64,000 nt of DNA from Azolla caroliniana (taxonomy: Eukaryota > Plantae > Polypodiophyta): assembly GCA_043228905.1 (NCBI GenBank), contig JBHGNT010000015.1, positions 2,170,001 through 2,234,000 of the forward strand, in the 5' to 3' direction. Below are positions 37,475 to 49,395 of the stretch, one piece after another. The notes beneath the pieces were generated by a model. It did no database searches. It saw nothing but the letters and a program-made list of their open reading frames with translations, and was not told the DNA's origin. Each line of letters begins with the position of its first letter. The first letter of the stretch is position 1. The position numbers were made by a program, and so were the translations under genes.

Positions 37475-38234
37475 TGTCGTGAAGAAAACCGGCCTTAGGA
37501 GGAATCGATGAATAAGACGCATGAACCGGCCCTTACGCGCGGGCACAAGTATTGATAAGATGTACATAATTAGGAATAGATCAACTAAGGTAAATATACT
37601 AGGTAGTACACCTATATTAGCTAGGAAATCGATGTGTATCTCTGTTTGAAGGGACAGAGAATAAAGATGATGTATTCAGGATGTGACGGCCCTCCTCGGC
37701 GACCTATAAAAGAAAAGGGGAGATGGTTGAAGCATCTATCGTGTTTGGGAGGACGAAGTGTTGTCGGACTGGGAACCGAGCACTCTTCTCGTTTTCTTCG
37801 TTGAGCTCTGTAGGTTTTGGTCGGTTGCCTCTGCTCGAGGGAGAAGCCCGTGCGCTTTGGCAAAGGCTCCACTACTGCTCTATGTGTGTGTGGGTGTTCC
37901 GTGTGGTCGTTCACCAGCTTGCCGGTTGTAATCTCAAAAAGCATTGTATTCGCCTAATTGTCTTAATCGATTCCTTGCTTGTGAGTCCTCTACGTATTTG
38001 TGTGTGTGTGTGTCTCGGCCCATTGTTGGCACGAAATCAGACGAGAGTGTATTACACGAAATCAGACGAGTCGAGGATCGTTCACCCGGTGAGCACCGCG
38101 TACCTACTTGCTGGTAGCCGGTACTTGCCGGCCCATTGTTTCACCTTGCTCCTCCCACTGTTTCAGGTATACCTCGGTCCAGGGCCCTTGTGGTCCCGCC
38201 TTAGTTTCCTACACGAGAGCGTAACAACACGACA
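37475..38234 (+). repeat. 5' LTR of A3
   Basis: TGTCGTGAAG...CACGACA followed by TCTT and a Trp-type PBS; matches 62528 onward. Confidence 0.88.
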
Positions 38235-39375
38235 TCTTTGGGGAACCCGACGTGAAACAAGGCGGGAAAGGAGTCGAAGATGAGGGGATCAGAACTGGCC
38301 GAAGCCATGGCGACAGCCGTTGATCAGATAGTAAGTGCTCGCGAGGGCACAGGCGCCCTAGACAGGGCCGTCGAAGCAATTGTCAGTACAATAGGCCGGT
38401 TCAGCGGGAAGAACGCCACGAGCTATTTAGAGACCTACCGAGCCAAGATGGTGATGAGGGACATCCCGGAGGACAGGCGTTCGAGGACGAGCTATTTAGA
38501 CACCTACCGAGCCAAGACCCGTTCTCGCAAGGAAGTTCGAGGAACCTTCGCCGGCAAGAAAGGAGGGAACTTGGCATTGGCTTGAGATAGGCTCGACCTT
38601 GACCGGCGTGGTCAATGTCAAGGCTGAGAGAGAGAAAGAGAGAGAAAAAGAGATAGAGAGATAATTGAAAGAGAATTATTATATTGAAGCGTAAAATGGA
38701 TTACAAAGAGTAGGCTACAAAATGGCGTTGAACCAATTTAGGTTTGGGATGGGTGGTAGATCCCTATTTATAAGTAATAGAGAACACTCTAGAATATTCT
38801 AGGTTATCCTAGAATGTAGAGTAATCTAGAAGATCTCTAGAGTATTCTAGAAGGTTCTAGTGGTATAGAACACTCTAGAATAGTCTAGGTCATTCTAGAA
38901 TGTAGAGTAATATAGAATATTCCTATGATATTAGATTTCATATTCTAGAGACTATACATATAAGAATATTAATACAATGGTTAAGGATTTGACATGTGTA
39001 CAACAAGGTCGTGGGTTCAAATCTGTTGAGTGGCAAGCTCAACCGGAGCCGGATCGGGTGAATAAGCCGGAGCCGGTAAGCGAGACGGATCGGGCGAAAC
39101 GGATCGGTATGACGGTGAGCAACCGAACCGGCAAGCAGTGGAGGCTGGGTGCAATCCGTAACCGGAAGTCCAATCGTAAGCCTAGTATAGGATAGACTAC
39201 TAGTTAGCTATAGTCTCATAGTAAGTGTCAGATGCTCGTGTGAGCATTGAAGTACATGGTACTTCTATCAGTCCTAAGAGGACTTGTATAAATAGTGCTA
39301 CTTAGCACAGTGTGTATACAGAGTCTTGAAATAATTTTGAAATTGTGTTCTGCTCTCTCTCTCTCTCTCTCTCTC

Positions 39376-40262
39376 ATCTAAAATGTCGTACTATAAGAAA
39401 CACTTCATGCACTTCTCTGAGTTAGGTTTTATCACGCGGCCAAAATATCTAGATGTATTCTTACCACATGCACTAAGGGTTGCCATTGGACAACTTAGAA
39501 TATCATCTCACCAACTTGAGATTGAAAATGGCCGTACTAGTGGAGTTCCTAGGGAGGAAAGGATATGTAGGTTATGTCACATAGAGATAGAGGATGAGTA
39601 CCACTTTACATGCAAGTGTCCAACCTATGCCGAGATAAGGGCAAAATACCAAGACATACTTGGTCCGTCTCCCACCCTCCCCAAACTATTAGATACTCTA
39701 GATATAAAGAAATTAGGCAAATACATTCTAGAGCTAAAACAACACAGAGAGAATAAATTACAAAATGTTGACAATAATGTTGCTAATGATCACGAACATG
39801 TAACAAATGCAGTTTCTCAGGAACCTGAGGAGACAACGAATGCCGACACACTTGCACCACTCGGCCTTTCCATTGATGAGGCAGAAAACCAGAGAAGAAC
39901 CAAACGTCCTCGGGTGCCGGGTTTCAAAGCAACTCAACGTGATGTGGAAGCAATATTGAAAATAAGGGAACGTGAGCTACACCGCCTAGAAGCCATGGCT
40001 AGGGCACTCTCTACATTGGAACCCACATCAAGACCCTTTGACCCCCCACTTCTTTTCGAGAGGCTTGGGTGGAAATAAAATTAGGCTTAGTGTATAGTCA
40101 CTTTCAAGTATACTACATATTGTACACTACTAGAACTCTTTTAGTTTAAGTTCTATTTTTTTTACTTAATTTTATTTTTAGTTATGATGACTGGATAAAT
40201 ACTCTATTGTTGTAAACCAATTGTCTCATGGGCCAAATTTGGCCTTAGAAGACGTTAATCCA
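39376..40262 (+). mobile_element. 5'-truncated non-LTR retrotransposon (LINE ORF2 C-terminus + 3' UTR) inside the (CT)n tract of the C5 5' LTR
   Basis: Absent from the sister 3' LTR; ORF 39383..40078 has QLRISSHQLEIENGR...ERICRLCHIEIEDEYHFTCKCP (Cx2Cx8Hx4C); AT-rich UTR; flanked by CT repeats on both sides. Confidence 0.82.
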
Positions 40263-40417
40263 TCTTTCTTTCTCTCTCTGTGTTGTTCTCTGTTTTACGC
40301 TTCCGCAAACACTCAGGTTTACATGGTATCAGAGCGCGAGGGTTGAGAACCTCTGCTGCAGACATTTACTCTTGAGAAGAAAACCCTAACAGGTCGAAAA
40401 CAGACACAGTAGAAGAC

Positions 40418-43400
40418 ATGGATAGAGGCATGGCTACGTCGCTCCCGGTGGAGAAGCTCGACAGGAGCAACTACGCATCCTGGTCTTACAAGATGCACCA
40501 GTACCTGCTTGGACACGGGTACTGGAGTTATGTCGAAGGAGCGAATGATGCGGTGCCAGACTCGGCACACAAGGACTTCCCGGTATGGGAACAGGCGGCA
40601 AGCAGGGTGATGTACTGCTTCGCGTCCAGTGTCGGCGATCAGCTGCTCAGCCACATCCGTGACGCCAAGACATCGAAGGATGCTTGGGGGAACCTGAAAA
40701 AGGTTTTCGCCGCAAGCACCACTGCCCGGAAGCGGCAACTCAGACAGGAGTTGAGCAATGTTCGACAGAAGAACATGTCCGTGGCAGACTACACGGGCCG
40801 GATAAAGGAGATCTGCGACTCGCTCGCCTCTATCAATGTTACCATAGAGGAAGACGAGATGGTGCAGGTATGTCTCGGAGGCCTGGCGTCCAAGTTCGGA
40901 GCGTTCCGGATTGTGGTGTGTACAAGGGAGAATACCCCCTCATTCTTCGACTTACAGTCGATGCTCCTTGTAGAGGAGAACCACGCCGGTGCATCCCCGG
41001 ACAGCCGAATGCTGTACACGGGAACGGATCGGCTCCGTGGGCGTGGTGGAAGAGGTGGGTCGGCACGCAATGGAGGCGGCCGGCAAGAGCAGGAACGGAG
41101 GCACTATGAGCATGCCGACAGCAGTTCCGGGACTTCCACAAGCAGGGGGAGTCAAGGCGGTGCCGGAGGCCGGCAAGACAAATCCGCTACGGAATGCTGG
41201 TACTGTGGCAAAAAAGGCCACAGGGAAAGCGAGTGCTGGAGAAAGCGTGCCGATTCGGACAAATCCGGATCCGGCAAGACCGGTAAGGATGGCCGGCAAA
41301 ACTCGCACTACGCAAACGGATCAGGAGGATCTGAAACCGGAAAGGCCGGTAAAGGGGCCAGCCTTGGTGATGAATCACAAGGCAAACTCAATGAGGAAGA
41401 CCACTTCCAAAACGGAGGAAGTGTGGTATGTTGATTCCGGCGCGTCGAACCACATGATGAGCCACAAAGAGTGGTTCTTCTTTCTGGAGAAACCGGATCG
41501 ACCAGGAGTAGTCGAAACCAGAGACGACACTCCTCACCCAATCGTGCACATCGGAGAAGTCCCTCTAAGCCACGTCGAACAGAAAGGGAAGCTGATGAAC
41601 GTATTACACGTTCCGACAATCACGAAGAACCTGGTGTCCGTCGGTCAGATTGTCGACCAGGGGATGCAGGTGCGGTTTATGCACCTCGGGTGCTTCATTG
41701 AGGATGAGGGCGAAGTCATTGCGCAAGGGCGCAGAGACGGGAGGATGTTTATCCTCAACACCAATGACGTTGGCACCGCTCTGTTCGCGAAACGACAGAA
41801 GGTTGAGTCGGACATCGACCTGTGGCACAAGCGGATAGGCCACATCAACTACCGGAGGCTTCAAGACCTGCAAACGAAACAAGTCATTTTCGGTTTGCCG
41901 AAGTTCAGCGGCCGGAGAGCCGAAATTTGTGAAGCCTGCCAACTTGAGAAGCAATACCGGCTTCCATTCCCCACCGAACGGAACCGGAGCCGTGACAAGC
42001 TCGATCTCATCCATTCGGATGTGTGGGGACCGGCACAAAGTGTAAGCCTTGGTGGGAGCCGATACTTCATCACCTTCATCGACGACTATACTCGACATAC
42101 TTGGATCTACCTCATTGAGCGGAAGAGCGAAGTCTTCGATTGTTTCCGGAGCCTCCAGAAGATGGTGGAACGGGAATCGGAGAGGAAGATCAAATGCCTT
42201 CGGTCGGATGGCGGAAAGGAATATTTTTCCGGCCAATTCACTAGTTATCTGCAGCAGAAGGGAATTCGGCGAGAGTTCAGCTACAGATACACACCGGAGC
42301 AAAACGGTGTGGCCGAAAGGAAGAATCGGACACTCGTCGAAGCAGCAAGGGCAATGCTGGAGGAGAAGAGCATGCCCCGGTTCTACTGGGCGGAGGCGGT
42401 CCGCACGGTCGTCTACATACAAAACCGCATTGGTGACAAGGTGTCAGCTCATGAGCTGTATTTTGGGCGCAATCCGAACTTAAAACACCTTCGAATATTC
42501 GGCAGCATAGCGTATGTGCATATGCCGGATCAGAAGCGGAGAAAGCTGGATGCAAAATCGGAAAAATGCATCCTAGTCGGCTATGCTCAAGAGCAAAATG
42601 GGTATAAGTGCTATAACCCCCGGACGAAGGAAGTCCGAGTTAGCCGGAATGTCGAGTTCGATGAACCGGCATCCTGGTACTCCGTACCGACTCCGACTTC
42701 CGATCCCGACCCAATGTCGGAAGATCAGGCCAGTGAGCCTGAATCAACCCTGGCAGAGGATGATGAAGCCGGGACTCAAGATGAGAGTCCGGAATCGTTA
42801 CAGTTGAGTGGACCGAACGAGCGACTGAGTCAGTTGGACCAGTCGGATGAAGAGACGGCAAGTGGTGGAGACTCTGCCGTGCTCTCCCCGCGCAAGGAGC
42901 CGAGGAAACGGTTCACGCGCAAAGAGAAGGGGAAGAGGAAGATGTCGGAATTCGAAACCAGCAACGATGAGTCGGATCGGTGCGTATCCAACTCCGGAAA
43001 GGAGAAAGGCGAATCTTCGGCAACGAAGACCGAACTAGCCAAGAAGGGCCTCAAATCAGGTGACGATGCGTTGCGCCGATCAACCCGCCAGAAGGATCCC
43101 GTCATGCGGTACGGGTACAATGAATACATGGCACATCATTATGCGTACATGACTAAGGTGACAGAAGTGCGTGAGCCGGGGAGCTACGCAGAAGCGGCAA
43201 AGGACGCAAATTAGTGTGCCGCTATGGATGAAGAAATGCGGGCACTCGATGCCAACGAAACTTGGGACCTAGTTGATCCTCCCCGTCACTGTAAACCGAT
43301 CAGATGCAAGTGGGTGTACAATGTCAAGTACAACGCCGACAGTTCTGTTAACCGGTACAAAGCCTGGTTAGTGGCGAAGGGATACGCGCAGACCCACGGA

Positions 43401-45296
43401 ATCGACTACGACGAGACCTTCGCTCCTGTGGTGAAGATGACGACGGTTCGTGTGGTACTGGCAGTTGCTGTGGCAAGGGGGTGGCATCTTCACTAGATGG
43501 ATGTGAAGAACGCCTTCCTTCAAGGAGAGCTTGAAGAAGAGGTCTTTATGACTCAGCCCCCTGGATTTCAATCGGAGATGAACAAGTCGGCGGTATGCCG
43601 ACTGAAGAAGTCGCTTTACGGCTTGAAGCAAGCCCCCCGAGCTTGGAATGCGAAGATTACGCACTGGTTGGGTAAACTGGGGTTTGTTGTCTCTAAGTCG
43701 GACTCTTCGTTGTTCATCCGGCAAGGCTCTGACGGTCCGGTATGTATACTCTTGTATGTGGATGATTTAGTCATCACCGGACCGGGTCTTCCCAAAATCA
43801 ACCGCGTCAAGTCCCAGTTGTCGGACGCATTCGAAATGAAGGACCTGGGGGACCTTCATTATTTTCTTGGGATCGAAGTGATCCAGACCCCCAACGGCAT
43901 ATTGCTCTCACAACGACATTACATGTTGAATATGTTGTATAAGTTCGGCATGACAGATTGTCGACCTCTCTCCACACCCCTGGACCGGAACCAGACTCTC
44001 CGTCCCAACTCCGGACCGGCCTGCAATGAGAAACGGTTCCGACAGGTTGTCAGAAGCCTGATCTACTTAACCATCACCCGACCCGACATCAGCTATCTGG
44101 TTGGCATGGTAAGTCAGTTCATGCAGAAACCGACCGTGGAGCACCTTCAGTGCGCGCAACGAATATTACGGTATGTCAGCGGCACTAAGGACCGGGGACT
44201 GCTATACCGGCGAGGTATACCCAAAGAGCTTGTCGGTTACACAGATGCTGACTGGGCCGGCGATGCGTCTGATCGCCGCTCCACTTCCGGATACATGTTC
44301 TCCATAGGTAGCGCGGTCGTTGCGTGGAGCAGCAAGAAGCAGCCCACAGTGGCTTTGTCAAGCACTGAGGCTGAGTACTGGGCCGCTACCGTTGCCACTT
44401 GTGAAGCCATCTGGCTTCGGCGACTGTTGCGAGACTTGCGGATCGAGGTACCGACCCCGATCCCGATTTACTGCAATAACATGAGCAGCCTGCAGCTCGC
44501 CAGGAACCCTGTGTTCCATGCTCGCACAAAGCACATCGAGGTGCACTACCACTTCGTGCGTGAGCGGGTCCTGAGCGGTGAAGTTGACCTACGGTATGTT
44601 CATACGGATCGGCAGGTTGCCGACATCTTCACCAAGCCACTCGGATCGGACAAGTTGCAGCACTTTACCAACATGCTTGGTATTCAGCATCTTGACGTGC
44701 CGCACTTGAGGGGGAGAAGCAAGGGCAAAGTCTCTACCGAAACGGGCAAAGGCCAAAAAATTGTTGAACCCGTCGGTAAGAGGAGAGCCGGAAGAAGAGG
44801 AGACAAGAAGATGAAGGAAGCCGAGTCGACGAAGGAAGTCGACACATCCGAACAGGTCGGAGCAAGCGGCTGTGAAGAAGAGTTGTGCACTCAGGAAGAG
44901 AACTGCATGCTGTGCGGAGGTCATCACGACAGTACTGACCATGATGCAGAGTCGAATGAAGAATTCGATTTCGGTTCACCGGCTGAAGAAGCCGAGGGAA
45001 GCATGGAGAAGGGGACACGGACACAGCGGAAGTCGATGCCATCGTGGGAGAACCGACGGATCGGCAAGCGCCGAAGTCACAGCAACGTGAGTGCTGAGAT
45101 GGGCCTATCGAGCAGACATGCCGACCGAGAGGGTCAAGGCGCACAGAACCAAAGGGGTCGCGGCAAACGGGACCGGACCGGACGAGGAGCGCGAGCAAGG
45201 CGGAGTGACACCAGGAGAAGTCGGTTGGAAGAACCGACTGCCACAGAGGTCGTCACTACAACCCCACCTCAGGTTGAGCTTGAGGGGGAGTGTTGA
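40418..45296 (+). pseudogene. Copia gag-pol of C5 (one frameshift, two stops) with a long C-terminal extension
   Basis: CWYCGKKGHRESEC, WYVDSGASNH, RSDGGKEY, YVDDL, DADWAGDASDRRSTSG; frameshift near 41355; TAG at 43212 and 43494. Confidence 0.92.
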
Positions 45297-45618
45297 GCGG
45301 CAAGCTCAACCGGAGCCGGATCGGCTGAATAAGCCGAAGCCGGTAAGCGAGACGGATCGGGCGAAACGGATCGGTATGACGGTGAGCAACCGAACCGGCA
45401 AGCAGTGGAGGTCGGGTGCAATCCGTAACCGGAAGTCCAATCGGAAGCCTAGTATAGGATAGACTACTAGGTAGCTATAGTCTCATAGTAAGTGTCAGAT
45501 GCTCGTGTGAGCATTGAAGTACATGGTACTTTTGTCAGTCCCAAGAGGACTTGTATAAATAGTGCTACTTAACACAATGTGTATACAGAGTCTTGAAATA
45601 ATTTTGAAATTGTGTTCT

Positions 45619-45657
<39 letters not shown>

Positions 45658-45757
45658 TGTTCTCTGTTTTACGCTTCCGCAAACACTCACGTTTACAAAA
45701 TCCTTTCGAGTCATAATGTGACTGTCATGATCCTTTCCATGCATCATGTGACTGTTA

Positions 45758-48700
45758 TCATGACACTATCCCCCTTCTTCGACGACACGTCTCACGGGTC
45801 GTAGGGTTTGTATTAGGACCTGGTTTACAAGGATATTGGCGATGAAATGCATTGACGAGTTCTACAGCATTTGAAAGATTTGTGGCAGGTTCCCTAGTTC
45901 GATCATTGGGGGTATAGCCTAGCCAATCGACTAAGTAATATAGCTTGTTGCGCACGATTTTAGAATCGAGAACGGCAGCAACTTCAAATTCAGGCCCGTC
46001 CAAGAACTCGACAGGTGGTGGGGGTGTCGTAAGACGGCCCGGAATTGAACTTGTAGTATAAGGTTCCAAAAGGGATACATGAAACACCGGATGAAGATGC
46101 ATGTGCAGAGGGAGGTCAAGACAAAATGCAACATCACTTATCTTACCAGTGATCATGTAAGGGCCAAAACGTTGGTAATCCAATTTACTGCAAGGTCGAG
46201 TGGTCTTGATGTTGTGTTGGATAAGCCATACATGATCCCCAATGCGGAACATTTTTGAGGAGTCTAGACGATGACGATCGGCAAGCCTCTTGTGTGTAAA
46301 TTGAGCATCGTGCAAATTGTGGAGAATGTTAGCTTGAATTTCTTGGAGGCGACTAAGACGATCCTCGGCACTAGGGTTAGTAGGAACTTCTGGATGCGCA
46401 TTCATCGTCCACCGAGGATGACAACCCGTATTTGTGAAAAATGGGGAATATCCTATAGAAGAATGGGCTGAGTTGTTGTAAGCGAATTCCGCCAAGTGCA
46501 AAAAAGAAACCCAATCATCTTGTTGATAGTTGATGAAACAACGAAGATATTGTTCCAATGTCTGGTTGGTACGCTCTGTTTGGCCATTTGTTTCAGGATG
46601 ATAGCCCAAAGAAAGCTTAACTGAAATGTGGAGAAGTTTGAACAGGTGCTTCCAAAACTTTGAGATGAATTGTGGACCACGATCACTAATAATATCATCC
46701 AGCAGACCATGATGCTTAAATACCTCCCGCATAACGAGATCAACCGTCTCTTGACTAGTAATCGACTTTGTACATGGCAAGAAATGTGCCATTTTGGTAA
46801 ATCGGTCAACCACTGTGAGAATTGCATCAAAACCTTTTGAAACTGGGAGATCAGTAATGAAGTCCAAGGATATAGACTTCCAAGGAGTTTCCGGAATGGG
46901 AAGTGGTTGTAGTAAGCCATAGGGTCGGTGACGAGGATTCTTTGATCGACAACATATATCACAACTACGAACATACTCCTCAACAAAATGACGAAGGCGA
47001 GGCCACCAATAGCGTCGAGAAATTAATTCTAGAGTCTTGTGAACTCCAAAAAGACCAGCCATTGGTGAGTCATGGCAATGTTGCAAAACTTGTAGCCGTG
47101 GGGGACCATCAGGAACATACAATAAATTTTGTCGAAAGAGAAAACCATCATGCCAATAGAACTGACAATAGTCATTACGAGGATTTTTCGACTATGAGCA
47201 AGAAGCACGATCCGGGACGATATGATCTAAAACATCCTTGGCGAAATCATCAGTGGCCATATGATCTCGAATGGAATCAAGAAGAGTGGAATTTTCAAGA
47301 GTTGTTATGGCGTTAACTACCATTAATCGTAATCGATTAGGACCCAAAAGGATTTGTTTTTGATGCTCAAATGCAGGTTCCCCTGGACGAAGTTCCATAT
47401 AAGAGCGCCGAGAAAGAGCATCTGCTTTGCCTTGCTGCATCCCAGGGCGATATATGATGATAAAGTCGAAGTGAGTCAAAAATTGCGCCCACCAGGCTTG
47501 TCGCCGACTCAAGACTCGAGCATTTTGGAAATAAGTTAGGTTCTTATGATCATTGTAGACAATGATCTGTTGAGAAGAACCTTCTAGGAAATGTCGCCAT
47601 TGTTGAAACGAATCCACGATTGCAAGAAGCTCTTTGTCATGGATCTCGTAGTTGATCTCTGCAGCTTCAAACTTTCGTGAATGAAAGGCGACAGGGTGTA
47701 GTTGTCCATCATCTCCAGTCTGCGAGAGGACACTCCCTAGTGCAAAATCGGATACATCGGCTTCGAGGATGAAGCGTTTTGTTGGGTCGACATGTGCTAA
47801 GATAGGTGCTGTTGTAAATGCTCGTTTTAAGCTTTCGAATGCCTCGGCTGCATCTGAACTCCATATAAATGGTTGATCTTTATGTGTGAGTTGAGTAAGC
47901 GGAAGCACAACCTTGGAATAATCTTTAATAAATTTTCGATAAAAATTTGCAAACCTAAGAAAACATTGCACATCACGCACTGAAAGGGGCGTTTGCCACT
48001 CTAAAATTGCTTGTACCTTCATGGGGTTCATAGCAATACCATTTGACGATACAACATACCCCAAAAATTCCACTTGATTCTAGCCGAAACTACACTTTTC
48101 TAATTTTGCGTAGAGACCATATTCTCGGAGTCGACGCAGTACTTGACGAACATGTTCATCATGCTCCTCTTGGGTCTTTGAGTAGATTAAAATATCATCT
48201 AGGTAAACTATAGTGAAGATATCAAGAAAATCTCGAAAAATATCGTTCGCCATATGTTGGAAAACAGCAGGTGCATTCATGAGACCGAATGGCATCACTG
48301 TATACTCAAAATGTCCATAGCGAGTGCGGAAAGTAGTCTTCCATTCATCCCCCGGGCGAATCCGAACTAGATTATATGCTCCACGAAGGTCCAACTTCGT
48401 GAAATATTTTGCACCACTGAGACGTTCCAAAAGATTCGGGATTAATGGTAGAGCATATCTATTCCGGATAGTCACTTTGTTTAGCCCTCGATAATCCACG
48501 ACCAACCGAAGAGTCCCATTCTTCTTCTTAACGAAGAAGATAGGTGCACCAGCAGGGGATCTAGAATGCCGAATGAATCCGTTTGCCAGATTCTCATCAA
48601 TATATTCCCGCAAAGTCTCTAGCTCTACAGGGGAGAGATTATAAATTGGGCCCCATGGAGGTTCTTTCCCTGGTTGTAAGTCAATAGGGCAGTCGTATGG

Positions 48701-49395
48701 CCAATGCTCCGGCAATGTATTGGCCTTCACCTTATCAAAGACATCTGAAAACTCCTTGTATTTCTCTGGTAGTTTAATATCCGCTTCACGTGAAGTGGAT
48801 GATGGAGTTGCTATTATTGCGAAGACGAACATGGCCTCGTTCCCCCCTTCCTCCCGCAACTGTCGTAAAGAGATGGGCGATAACTCCGGGGATCTATTAT
48901 CACATGTAGGAGAGAGGGATGCGGGATTTGTGCTTTTTTCCCGGGTCTCCTCAATTGTTCTTTTCATCCAATCAATCTTCGGGTTATGGAGTTCAAACCA
49001 AGGGAGACCTAGAACTATTGGGTATTCCGGACTACAAATAATGTTGAAAGAGATTATGCTTGCCAAATTACCAAGAACTATCCTAATTGGCTCGGACTCC
49101 TCGACTATATCTCCTGATGCTATGGGACGTCCATCAATGACTCCTACAGCTACTGGGCTGGGAAGCATATTCAAGAGGATGTTTTGTGACAAGGCAAATT
49201 CACGATCCATGAAACAAGAGTTGGCTCCAGAATCTAGAAGGGCAGAGGCTAGGACTCGATGACATGTAGATGTGGTAAGCTCGACTTGTGCTGAAAAAAC
49301 TCGACTCACTTGATTTGATGAAATGGAACCATGACTAGGAACTAACTCTACATAGCTAGGATGGTCCAGCCAAATGGCTCCTATTTTGGCCGGAC
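45758..49395 (-). pseudogene. Chromovirus pol (PR-RT-RH-INT-chromodomain), disrupted
   Basis: ALLDSGANS, LRLVVDYRGLN, VYLDDILIYS, FILEADVSDFALG, HCHDSPMAG..CDICCR, GPY, EFEVAAVLDSKIVRNKLYYLVDWLGY; breaks near 48080 and 47190. Confidence 0.93.

Larger units (their letters stand above)
39024..45697 (+). mobile_element. Ty1/Copia element C5 with both LTRs and a 5-bp TSD AAATC
   Basis: 5' LTR 39024-40323 (interrupted by a LINE), PBS 40324-40335, 3' LTR 45291-45697; TSD at 39019-39023 and 45698-45702. Confidence 0.95.

Noticed and set aside
39383-40078. 231-aa ORF as a captured host gene
   Set aside because: Its motifs fit a LINE ORF2 C-terminal CCHC region, and the start lies at the 5' truncation point.
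41340-41370. Possible programmed gag/pol frameshift in Copia C5
   Set aside because: The related fragment near 63345-63360 reads AAA GGG CCA with three G where C5 has four, so a 1-bp insertion is the simpler explanation.
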